Made by a program: the position numbers and the translations under genes. A stretch of 32,000 nt of DNA from Methanothermus fervidus DSM 2088 (GTDB taxonomy: Archaea > Methanobacteriota > Methanobacteria > DSM-2088 > Methanothermaceae), in contig CP002278.1 of NCBI GenBank assembly GCA_000166095.1, forward strand, positions 210,001 to 242,000, written 5' to 3'. Positions within the stretch are counted from its first letter, which is position 1. Each line of letters starts with the position of its first letter. Below the pieces are notes generated by a model, which worked only from the letters and a program-made list of their open reading frames with translations, was not told the DNA's origin and searched no databases. Shown here one piece after another: positions 1-8,618 of the stretch.

Positions 1-536
1 AAATTTCTTATACATGCATCTACAACAGTGTTTCCAGTTATGTATATATTTTTTGGATTTAAACCTTCAAATATTAAATTTAACGCTGCTTCTTCTGTTG
101 GTGCGTAGTGTATAGTAGAACACATGTCAGTTATAACCCTGTTTATTTCTTCTGGCATTGATTTGTCAAAAGATCTTAAACCAGCTTCTACATGCCCAAC
201 AGCTATATGCATCTTCGAAGCTGCTAAAGCACCTGCAAGTGTTGCATTTGTATCACCTTGAACTAAAACTAAGTTTGGATCTTCTTTTTTTAAAGTTTTT
301 TCGATCCCAGTAATCATTTTTCCTGTCATTTTTCCATGAGAACATGACCCAACACCTATATTATAATCAGGAGATGGTAATTCCAACTCGAAAAAAAACT
401 GGTCTGACATCTCATAATCGTAATGTTGTCCCGTATGTATTAAGGTGAAAGAAATACTTTCATTTTGTAATTTATCGATTATTGGTGCCATCTTTATTAT
501 TTCAGGTCTAGTTCCTAAGACAATAGCTATCTTCAT
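1..536 (-). CDS. wecB: UDP-N-acetylglucosamine 2-epimerase, N-terminal 178 codons (gene runs off the left edge)
   Basis: Absent from the ORF track because it has no stop in the window. Reverse translation from the ATG at 536..534 gives [48 protein letters not shown]...[41 protein letters not shown]. This is the canonical N-terminal half of non-hydrolysing UDP-GlcNAc 2-epimerases. An SD-like GAGTGAT lies 4 nt upstream. Confidence 0.85.
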   Translation of the reverse strand, partial: MKIAIVLGTRPEIIKMAPIIDKLQNESISFTLIHTGQHYDYEMSDQFFFELELPSPDYNIGVGSCSHGKMTGKMITGIEKTLKKEDPNLVLVQGDTNATLAGALAASKMHIAVGHVEAGLRSFDKSMPEEINRVITDMCSTIHYAPTEEAALNLIFEGLNPKNIYITGNTVVDACIRN

Positions 537-541
537 TTATA

Positions 542-1750
542 TCACTCAAGTTTTCTTTTCCTTTTATTCCTGTATTCCTTAATAATTTTTATTAGCTTTT
601 CTCTCATTTTTTCCCCATGTCTTTTTTTCCATCTTTTGATACTCTTATTCAATTCTTCTAAATTAACTATTGCAAATCCATTTGAAAACTTTAAATTTAA
701 TTCTGAAATAGATATTACAGGAATATTTCTTTCATCAAAAACTTCTTTAGCACTAGGAGAAATTTTACCATCAAATATAATACACTTTGGTTTTATATTT
801 GATAAAAGTAAAGCAGTTGATCTTCCTCCAAGTTCTGGTTTAAGAATTAGTAATACATCGTCCTCAGTGACATGCCAATTTTCACATGCCTTTTTTATTC
901 CTTCTTTAGTAAATGATTCTATAATTTTCACAGGAACTTTATTTTTGGAGTAAATTATATCGATTAACTTGTGCAATGACTTTAAGTTTTCTTCTAATTT
1001 TTTTCTTAATTCTAGCTCTCTTCTGTATTTTTCTTGTAAAGACTTTATAATTTTTATTTTTGCAGAAAGTTCCTTGTTTAGAAGTAAACCTTTTGAATAT
1101 TCATAATGAAGTTTATTGATTTTTTCCTTTAATTTTTTATTTTCTTTTGACTTTTCACTTAATATCCTTTTTAACTTCTTATTTTCTTTTTTTAATTTTT
1201 TAATTAAATTGTTTTGATGTCTTATTTTCCTTTTATAAATGTTTAACAATCTTCTTAATTTGTAAAATCTCTTGGATTTTATTTTTGGTTTTGGTTTCTT
1301 TTTTTGCTTCTTTTCTTTCTTTTCGGATTTTTCCTTTGAAACAAGTTTTATGGCATCGCTAATAGGTTTATCATCCCTAATAACTATGCTTTTAACATAA
1401 TTTTTCATAGATTCTTTAATTTTCGAACTTTCTAATTTTTTATCAATTTGTCTTAGTTTACCTTCATAATGTTTGTAAGTTTTAATAGCAGAAGCAAGAG
1501 CATCTCTTTCATGTGAATTTTCAGGTTCTAATTCATATTCCTTTTCAGAAAGAAAATTCTGAACAATTTCATTTTTTAATTCTTTTGACAATGATTTATG
1601 AGGAACATATATTTTTGAATTAAGAATTGTAGCTAATTTTTTGACCATTTTAGGAGGAGGACAAACATCTGTTCCAACTATAATTGTTTTACCATGCTTG
1701 ATAATCTCATTTACTATATCGCTCAAAGAAGGGTTTTTCATGCTTTTCAA
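542..1750 (-). CDS. DUF460 / COG2433-type protein (predicted RNase H-fold RuvC/YqgF-like nuclease with a long Lys-rich coiled coil)
   Basis: 402-aa ORF with a central KKEKKQKKKPKPK...KKLKKENKKLK coiled-coil segment and a C-terminal globular domain. The frame stays open upstream to 1861 and encodes AIIVGLDPGHTVGLAIIDL, the nuclease N-terminal motif. The true 5' end is therefore probably near 1833..1839 (see finding). Family name is from memory. Confidence 0.7.
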   Translation of the reverse strand: MKSMKNPSLSDIVNEIIKHGKTIIVGTDVCPPPKMVKKLATILNSKIYVPHKSLSKELKNEIVQNFLSEKEYELEPENSHERDALASAIKTYKHYEGKLRQIDKKLESSKIKESMKNYVKSIVIRDDKPISDAIKLVSKEKSEKKEKKQKKKPKPKIKSKRFYKLRRLLNIYKRKIRHQNNLIKKLKKENKKLKRILSEKSKENKKLKEKINKLHYEYSKGLLLNKELSAKIKIIKSLQEKYRRELELRKKLEENLKSLHKLIDIIYSKNKVPVKIIESFTKEGIKKACENWHVTEDDVLLILKPELGGRSTALLLSNIKPKCIIFDGKISPSAKEVFDERNIPVISISELNLKFSNGFAIVNLEELNKSIKRWKKRHGEKMREKLIKIIKEYRNKRKRKLE

Positions 1751-1892
1751 TGTTAATAACTCATAATTTAGATCAATGATTGCTAATCCTACAGTGTGGC
1801 CAGGATCAAGGCCAACTATTATTGCTTTTTCATTTTCATTACCTACTAAATTTATAACCCCCTAATTCAATTAATACTTCATAAAAGACACC

Positions 1893-2726
1893 TTATGAAT
1901 TTTCTTTTCTTTTATCTATTTCTTCTTTAACAAATTCTGACATTGTTTCCCTTACAAAATAAGCAGATCTATATTTAGTTAATTCTTCTTCAAGTTTTGA
2001 CATGAACTTTAAATAAGCTTTTTCTTCATGTTCAAATTTCACAGGTGGCTTATACATAACTTTCATTAATATTAAATTTTCTGGGGGCATGGGTTCTATG
2101 TAAACTTTTTCTTCTGTATCTAAAAATTCATCTATTTTTTCAGGTTCATATTCTTCTTTTCCTATATCAAATAAAACTTTAACCATTTTTCTAACCATTT
2201 GCCATAAGAAACTTTCTCCAATCACATCGACCCAAATATATTCTCCTTTATCAACTACGTCCACTTTTTCTATATACCGTATAGGATTTCTTTCTTCAAC
2301 CCTACGAGAAAAATTTGTGAAGTCATGCCTTCCTTCAAACTTTTTACTTGCTTCTTTCATCAACTCAATATTTAAACCATCGTTTGGTAATACATATCTA
2401 TAGTGTCGCCTGTAAGCATACCTTGTCTTGAAACCATAAGGTACTGATGCCTTCCCAAGTATATATACATCATCAGGTAAACAACTATTTATCTGATTTA
2501 TTATAACATCCTCGTCAGTGAAAAATGTTACAACATTGCCCAAAGCATGTACTCCTTTGTCTGTCCTTCCAGCGGATCTGAATCTTGCCACTCCTGATTC
2601 ATCTAGAATTCCAGTCTCAACTAATGCTTTTATGAGTTCTCCTTCGACAGTTCTGAGATCTGGTTGCCTTTGAAAGCCAAAAAAATGAGTACCTATATAT
2701 GCAACCTTTAATGCTATCTTTTTCAT
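1893..2726 (-). CDS. truA: tRNA pseudouridine(38-40) synthase TruA
   Basis: MKKIALKVAYIGTHFFGFQRQP...RSAGRTDKGVHALGNVV contains the catalytic Asp motif RTDKGVHA. I prefer the ATG at 2726, which has GGAGTGG 9 nt upstream. The ORF track extends to the ATG at 2741. Confidence 0.9.
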   Translation of the reverse strand: MKKIALKVAYIGTHFFGFQRQPDLRTVEGELIKALVETGILDESGVARFRSAGRTDKGVHALGNVVTFFTDEDVIINQINSCLPDDVYILGKASVPYGFKTRYAYRRHYRYVLPNDGLNIELMKEASKKFEGRHDFTNFSRRVEERNPIRYIEKVDVVDKGEYIWVDVIGESFLWQMVRKMVKVLFDIGKEEYEPEKIDEFLDTEEKVYIEPMPPENLILMKVMYKPPVKFEHEEKAYLKFMSKLEEELTKYRSAYFVRETMSEFVKEEIDKRKENS

Positions 2727-2752
2727 AGTTAACCACTCCATAAGGTGATAAC

Positions 2753-3667
2753 ATGGAAAAATGGGGATATCTTAGTGCACTCTTAGCAACAGTGTTATTT
2801 GGATTATCAGCTGCCTTTAGCAAAATCATGGTTAAATATGTTCATCCAATAGTGTTAGGAGCATTAGTGTATATAATAGCTGGTGCATTTCTTTTTTCAA
2901 TAAAATTTTCTCCTATAGGTGAACCATTGTTAAAGCTTTTAAACAAGAGCATGTATACTGAAGATTATATATCTAGGAGAGATTATATAATACTTATCAT
3001 TACAGCCTTATCCGGTTCCTCGATTGCACCATTTCTATACTATACTGGATTAAAATTTGTCAGTGCCGTAAATGCAGCTTTACTTTTAAATGTTGAAGTC
3101 TTATTCATAGTAATTATGAGTACGTTTATTCTTAATGAAATATTTAAAATTAAAGACGTAGTTGGCATGTTATTAATACTTACAGGTGCAGGTTATATAG
3201 CTACTCAAGGAAGTTTCCAAAATTTTGGTGGAAATTTAGTTGGCAATTTTTTAATAATATCTTCAGCTTTTTTTTGGGGAACTGACACAGTTTTAAGTAA
3301 ATTTTTAAGTAAAAAAAGAGATTTAATTTGGATATCAGCAGTTAAAAGTACTATTGGTGGATTATCACTTTTATGTGTAGCTATTTTATTAGGTCTAAAT
3401 TTTAAAATACCTGTCAATATGATACCATTTCTTACCTATGTTTCTATATTTAGTACTGGTCTAGCATTCATTTTAGTTTATTTTGCAATCAGGACAATTG
3501 GGTCAGCAAAAGTTGGATCTATATTTCCATTATCTTCATTTTTTGGAGCACTTTTTGCATCTTTTATCCTATCAGAAGAATTTGGGCCAATAAAGGCTTT
3601 TTGTGGACTTATAATGCTCCTTGGCGTGTTTTTACTTTACCATGAAAATAGCAAGTCTTTGTTTTAA
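2753..3667 (+). CDS. EamA/DMT-superfamily permease (about 10 TM helices)
   Basis: 304 aa made of two similar 5-TM halves with a typical drug/metabolite transporter pattern. SD GGTGA lies 4 nt before the ATG. Confidence 0.8.
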   Translation: MEKWGYLSALLATVLFGLSAAFSKIMVKYVHPIVLGALVYIIAGAFLFSIKFSPIGEPLLKLLNKSMYTEDYISRRDYIILIITALSGSSIAPFLYYTGLKFVSAVNAALLLNVEVLFIVIMSTFILNEIFKIKDVVGMLLILTGAGYIATQGSFQNFGGNLVGNFLIISSAFFWGTDTVLSKFLSKKRDLIWISAVKSTIGGLSLLCVAILLGLNFKIPVNMIPFLTYVSIFSTGLAFILVYFAIRTIGSAKVGSIFPLSSFFGALFASFILSEEFGPIKAFCGLIMLLGVFLLYHENSKSLF

Positions 3668-3703
3668 AACATTTTTTAATTCTATTCAAAAAATAATAAA
3701 AAA

Positions 3704-3713
3704 TTTTATATAA
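3704..3713 (+). promoter_or_regulatory. Candidate archaeal TATA box for the 3765 gene
   Basis: TTTTATATAA lies about 52-61 nt upstream of the start codon. This would leave a leader of roughly 25-30 nt carrying GGAGGTGA (3753..3760). Confidence 0.35.
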
Positions 3714-3764
3714 GTATTACTCAATAATTCCTCATGTAGTAATAACAAAAAAGGAGGTGAAAAG

Positions 3765-6563
3765 TTGAGGAAGTTTTTAGTGATTGCATTGTTTGCAGTG
3801 TTTTTATTGATTTCAGGGGCTTTTGCTGAAAATAAAACATGTGAAGTTAAAATAAATTTAAAATGGCAATACAATGAAACTGTAAATCCAACGATTGATA
3901 TTAAAGCCGATAATGAGAGTTTAAATTTTAATAAATACATGGAAAACAATACTTCTTTGATTGTGAGATTTCAAGGTGATATTCAAAAACCATTTTTAAT
4001 CACTATAAAAGCTCCTGGTTATCAACCTGTAACCAGAAATTTCGTTGTGGATCAAAGTGGTAAAGCAGTGTTGTCAGTAAATATGAATGCTAAGGAAAGT
4101 TATATCATTGGCAGAGAAATAACAAAAAGAGCTAGTAAATTTTTAGATTTTAAAAATTCTGATAACATACTTGTTATTACAACAGCTGGACATGTTAAAT
4201 ATAAAAATGAAACAACAGAAGATGCAATTGAAGGTATTTTAAATGAACTTGGGAATTCTGTAAGTTTTGGTAGAGGAAACATTCTTCTGCTGAGAAAAAC
4301 TGCACTAGATACATTGGACTTTGCATTTATAACTAAAAAAGGTAAAAATATAACTATGGCCTATTTCAGAAATGCTAGTTTTTCACCTGTTTATATAGGC
4401 ACAATATCTGAAAATATGAGTATGAAAGAATATTCCAAACTTTGTAACAGTTTAGGAAAAGATATTGCATTTAGTATTGCAAGTATTGCCAATGCTTGGG
4501 CATTAGGAGTTTCAGCAGATATATTAAGAGAGGCTGCATTTCATGGACATTTATGTGCTGGTACAATATGTGGATATGCAATGGTAGAAACATTGCTTAA
4601 ATATTATCCTCCAAAAGGAGGGGCTATGGGAGAAGGAGTTAGTTACATTGTCCTTGGTGTCCCAGGTGGATCAGATGACGATGTTTTTGTTTATTCAATG
4701 GATGCAACACCAGGAAAGAGGGCATACATAGGCTACAATACCACCAATGATCCAAATATAGTAGGATTTATACGTTGGGATTCAAACAACAAAAAAGGAA
4801 CTTTAATTGTGATGAAATATGATGTAAAAGAACTTGCGGAAGAATTCAAAAAAATCTATGGTCTAAATATTAAGGAAGATACACCTATCGAACTTAAATT
4901 CAATTCATGGCTTGTTAAAAAATTGATAAATAATCCAGAATCATTAGTGAAAATTTTGTATGCATTTGACAATCTCACAGAAGAACAAGTAAATTATCTT
5001 GCAGGTGGTACTAGTGGACGTACAGTTCAAAGTGCACATGGATTAGACATGAGTTACATTTTAAATCAAACAAATTTAGTGAATGCAACACCAGAAAACT
5101 TCATGCAGAAAAAAGGTAATCTAACTTATGATCAATTAAAAACAATTGGATTAGAAGCTGCAAGGTTGGCAGTGGATATATTTAAACAGTGTGGAATAAA
5201 TGTTGAAAAGGACAATCTTAACTTTTTAGTTTTAACTTCAGCTGGTTATGCACGATTAAATGGCCAAGATACAAGCCCAATGTGGGATGGTATATATGAC
5301 ATCCTTGGTTCAAGGTTGAGTAGAAGAACTTTGTTACCAGTGCACAGTGCACTATGGAGTCCAATATGGTTTACATTTATATTAAAAGATGGTAAATACA
5401 ATTCAAGTATATTAGGCAAAATAGGCGGCTTTGGAAAATTTAAATTCAATATAACCAAAGATGATAATCTACTTTTTGCTATCCAAATTGTCTATGATCC
5501 AGAGAAAGGATTAGTTGTAATTAATGATACAAAAGGTCCAATATACGACATTGGACCTGGATGGAATTATACCAACCCATCAGTTTCTAAAATATTCAAA
5601 AATTGGAACAGTGTAATCACAATTTCTAATGGATGGTCCTACGAACCGCCTTTTGATATGTTGATGGTTTATCTATTCCACAACCACATTTGTCCAGGAG
5701 TTTCCCCATCTTATTTAATAACAAATTATATATTCCAGAATTTTCCACGAGGGAAAGATGAAAAATATATTTACATTACTACTACGGATTATTGTAAAGA
5801 TGATGGTATATTGTTGCTACTTGGTGTATCACCAGGAGCTGGGACCTACTATAATTTACGATTAAGTGACAATGATACCCAATCTCCATCCATTAATGGA
5901 GGAAACATGGAAGGTATACTCATTATCTGGAATGAAAAATTAAACATTGGAAAGGCAGTGATAATTACATTTAAGTGGCCACAGTTCTATCCAGGAACAA
6001 ATTCATTAAAAGCATATATAGACTGGTATAAAGGAAAAGATCCTAAAGGAGTGGCCTCACCATATATACTAACTAAAGAGACAGAGAAATATATTACTGG
6101 GGATGAATTAAGCGTAATTTTAAAAGGTAGTAAATATTTATCTTCAGGCAATGTACTCAAATTTATCATGGAACTACCAAATCGTCAATTATCAGATTTA
6201 ATTTCCGTTTTACCAATTTCATATCCAACTCAAGTAACTCGTCCAACAAATGTTTCAACTTTAATATCTCATGTAATTACTGGAAGTTCGATTTTTACAA
6301 GGATAATACCATATATATCAGGATTAGGAATTCCAATACATGAATCCATAAGTGGGATTTCAGGTCCTTCAGGTAAAGTTGGTGGTGAAATTGGTGCAAG
6401 GGGGGCAGCCCAAGCTGCTGGAGCAGCAGGTAAAGCATATGAGATTACACCAGTGTCTAAGGGAATTGGAAAGCCAGGAATTCCATTTGCAGGAATAATT
6501 GCTGTTATAATATTGATTGCATTAATAGCAGCAGGATATCTATTGAGAAGGCCGGAGAAATGA
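3765..6563 (+). CDS. Secreted, C-terminally membrane-anchored glycoprotein with two FmdE-like (formylmethanofuran dehydrogenase subunit E family) modules
   Basis: The start is TTG, 4 nt after a perfect SD GGAGGTGA. The signal peptide is MRKFLVIALFAVFLLISGAFA/ENK. I count about 20 N-X-S/T sequons. FHGHLCAG (4539..4562) and FHNHICPG (5676..5699) resemble the FmdE HGHxCPG signature, each followed by a D-rich ...DD...G..PG... segment. A Gly/Ala-rich linker precedes the TM helix AGIIAVIILIALIAAGYLL and the basic tail RRPEK. Confidence 0.65.
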   Translation: MRKFLVIALFAVFLLISGAFAENKTCEVKINLKWQYNETVNPTIDIKADNESLNFNKYMENNTSLIVRFQGDIQKPFLITIKAPGYQPVTRNFVVDQSGKAVLSVNMNAKESYIIGREITKRASKFLDFKNSDNILVITTAGHVKYKNETTEDAIEGILNELGNSVSFGRGNILLLRKTALDTLDFAFITKKGKNITMAYFRNASFSPVYIGTISENMSMKEYSKLCNSLGKDIAFSIASIANAWALGVSADILREAAFHGHLCAGTICGYAMVETLLKYYPPKGGAMGEGVSYIVLGVPGGSDDDVFVYSMDATPGKRAYIGYNTTNDPNIVGFIRWDSNNKKGTLIVMKYDVKELAEEFKKIYGLNIKEDTPIELKFNSWLVKKLINNPESLVKILYAFDNLTEEQVNYLAGGTSGRTVQSAHGLDMSYILNQTNLVNATPENFMQKKGNLTYDQLKTIGLEAARLAVDIFKQCGINVEKDNLNFLVLTSAGYARLNGQDTSPMWDGIYDILGSRLSRRTLLPVHSALWSPIWFTFILKDGKYNSSILGKIGGFGKFKFNITKDDNLLFAIQIVYDPEKGLVVINDTKGPIYDIGPGWNYTNPSVSKIFKNWNSVITISNGWSYEPPFDMLMVYLFHNHICPGVSPSYLITNYIFQNFPRGKDEKYIYITTTDYCKDDGILLLLGVSPGAGTYYNLRLSDNDTQSPSINGGNMEGILIIWNEKLNIGKAVIITFKWPQFYPGTNSLKAYIDWYKGKDPKGVASPYILTKETEKYITGDELSVILKGSKYLSSGNVLKFIMELPNRQLSDLISVLPISYPTQVTRPTNVSTLISHVITGSSIFTRIIPYISGLGIPIHESISGISGPSGKVGGEIGARGAAQAAGAAGKAYEITPVSKGIGKPGIPFAGIIAVIILIALIAAGYLLRRPEK

Positions 6564-6662
6564 TTTTCTTATTTTTTAATTTTCTATTTTAAAAAACAAA
6601 AAACTTAATTTAATTCTTCTAATAAGTTATTTGTAAAAATTCTAAAAGAAAAAGGTGAGAAA

Positions 6663-7538
6663 ATGAAAAAAATTTTAATTATTGTAATGATATTGCTTTG
6701 TTTATCAAGCCCATTGTATGCAATGTCCAATCTACTAGTGACATTAGGAGAAGCAACAAACTCAAATAAATATTATAAAAGTAAAGTTTTGAGTTATTTT
6801 CAATCAAAAATCAATAAAAATATCAAAGATGCTAAAATATGTGTTATAACAGCTTCTGAGGTTAATGAAGTATCAAAAAATATAACAGGTAAAATTTATG
6901 CTCCAAGCCAAATATATTCATGTGCATTAGTTGATTTAAGTTACAACCAAGGAATAAAAGTTGAAGTAGATAAAAGTAAAATAAATATTGTTACTCCAGA
7001 GATGTATGCAAATGCTTTAGAATCCACAGGAATTGATAAAGGTTATGTAGTAGTTACATCCCCAGTGCCAGCAACTGGTGAATCTGCTTTAGCAGGTGTA
7101 TTAAAATCTTATGAAGTGGCTGTAGGTGTACCAATACCAGAACCTGCTAAGAAATTATCTGTCGAAGAATTGAATCTTCAAAATAAAATAAGTAATGAAA
7201 CTAATCAAAGTGGTGAAAAAATAGCAGCATTATTTAAAGAAGTTAAAAATCAAGTTAGAGAACAAAATATTCAAAATCCTGAAGAAGTTAAAACAATAAT
7301 ACGTAATGTAGCAAACAATATGGGTATAAATATTTCACAATCACAAGTAAATAACATGTCAAATTTAATTACAGAGTCACAAAAATTACAGAATACTTTA
7401 CAAAATTTTAAACAAAAATTAAATGAAATCGCTGGGACACAAGGCTCAGGAATATTAGACCAAATATACAAGTTATTACAGGAATTTGTAAACATAATTC
7501 AAAATATATTCAACTCTTTGCAGAATATGGGGAGATAA
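6663..7538 (+). CDS. Secreted DUF1002 (YpuA-like) protein with a Q/N-rich helical C-terminal region
   Basis: Signal peptide MKKILIIVMILLCLSSPLYA. NIVTPEMYANALESTGIDKGYVVVTSPVPATGESALAGVLKSYE resembles the DUF1002/YpuA core as I recall it. SD GGTGA lies 4 nt before the ATG. Confidence 0.65.
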   Translation: MKKILIIVMILLCLSSPLYAMSNLLVTLGEATNSNKYYKSKVLSYFQSKINKNIKDAKICVITASEVNEVSKNITGKIYAPSQIYSCALVDLSYNQGIKVEVDKSKINIVTPEMYANALESTGIDKGYVVVTSPVPATGESALAGVLKSYEVAVGVPIPEPAKKLSVEELNLQNKISNETNQSGEKIAALFKEVKNQVREQNIQNPEEVKTIIRNVANNMGINISQSQVNNMSNLITESQKLQNTLQNFKQKLNEIAGTQGSGILDQIYKLLQEFVNIIQNIFNSLQNMGR

Positions 7539-7541
7539 CAA

Positions 7542-8618
7542 ATGATTATCGCCCAAAATAATTTACAATTTATATTAGAAGTGGCAATTTTAGTGCATTT
7601 AGGAATTCTTTTTTTATTTAATCTTTTAAATGTGTCCTTGAGATTGGCATTATCACTAAGTTTATTATTGACAATGTTTCTTTCTTTAATATTCAGTTTA
7701 GACACATTATGTTTATTTTTACCATTTGTTTCACATCAAGAATTTACACATGCATTTGGTCCACTTTCAATTTTGGGTTGGGTAACACTCACATCTGGAA
7801 TACAAATTTTAAGGGAAAGAGGTGTAACTTCCCCATCTTTATCAAAGATCAATATTTTATTATTTTTCATAATATTGATTGCCGGGGGAATTATGCATAG
7901 ATCTTTCTTGTTAATGTGGCTATTAGGTGTTGGCATTGGATATTATTTAATTTCAAAATGTTATAAAACAAAAACTAAAATAAAATTTAAAACTATTTCT
8001 TATTTTGTGGTAATTGCTCTTACTTCATTTACAGTATTAGAAATTTTGTCTAGAATACTTAATTTGGAGGTTCTTAGTCCTAGTGTGAGAATATCAAGAG
8101 TTGAAAAAAATATAATTCCTAGTTTACAAATGGTACTTCCAAATATTCGGTTCTGGGGACATGTTCCAGGATCCTGTCATTGGGGAAGCGAATGCCTTGG
8201 CGGCGCTGATGGATATATAACACTTCCAGTGACATTAATACATTTTCTCAGGCTCCCATATCATATATTTTATGGTATACTCGTAAATCAGAAAGATTAC
8301 ATTGATTATATGCTTCCAGGTATATTTGCAGTTGCTTTTGATGGAGGTTATTTCTCATTGCTGTTTTTACTTGTCTGGGTAGCATTTGTAACAATTTTAG
8401 CATCCAAAATATTAAAAAAATATAAAGAAAAAAGGTCTGAAGGAAGTACACGATATTTAGGCAGAGAGGCATTACTTATAGGATCACTATCAGCATTTAT
8501 TTCTCAAAGTATGGTAGGTCTTTTTGTAGTTAATCGTAGTTTCAATGAATCAGCGCTCCTTACTTATATAATAATTTCTGCTTTAACAGTCGCACATGTA
8601 ATCAAAGTAGAGCAGTGA
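7542..8618 (+). CDS. Polytopic membrane protein, function unknown (about 9-10 TM helices, Cys/His-rich external loop)
   Basis: 358 aa, very hydrophobic, with the loop WGHVPGSCHWGSECLGGADGY between late TM helices. The start is 3 nt after the DUF1002 stop, so the two genes are probably co-translated or co-transcribed. Confidence 0.7.
   Translation: MIIAQNNLQFILEVAILVHLGILFLFNLLNVSLRLALSLSLLLTMFLSLIFSLDTLCLFLPFVSHQEFTHAFGPLSILGWVTLTSGIQILRERGVTSPSLSKINILLFFIILIAGGIMHRSFLLMWLLGVGIGYYLISKCYKTKTKIKFKTISYFVVIALTSFTVLEILSRILNLEVLSPSVRISRVEKNIIPSLQMVLPNIRFWGHVPGSCHWGSECLGGADGYITLPVTLIHFLRLPYHIFYGILVNQKDYIDYMLPGIFAVAFDGGYFSLLFLLVWVAFVTILASKILKKYKEKRSEGSTRYLGREALLIGSLSAFISQSMVGLFVVNRSFNESALLTYIIISALTVAHVIKVEQ

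Noticed and set aside
1140-1330. Highly repetitive T/A-rich DNA (ttttctttt, aattttttaa) that could be a simple-sequence repeat or a mobile-element end.
   Set aside because: It lies in frame inside the DUF460 ORF and encodes the Lys/Glu-rich coiled coil. It has no terminal inverted repeats or target duplications.
7542-8618. I considered whether the polytopic membrane protein is an archaeosortase acting on the PGxPF-TM-RR tail of the upstream glycoprotein.
   Set aside because: I could not see the conserved intramembrane Cys/Arg/His arrangement. Its Cys residues lie in a soluble loop (SCHWGSECLGG) rather than in a TM-embedded CSG-type motif. The resemblance is only topological, so I make no call.
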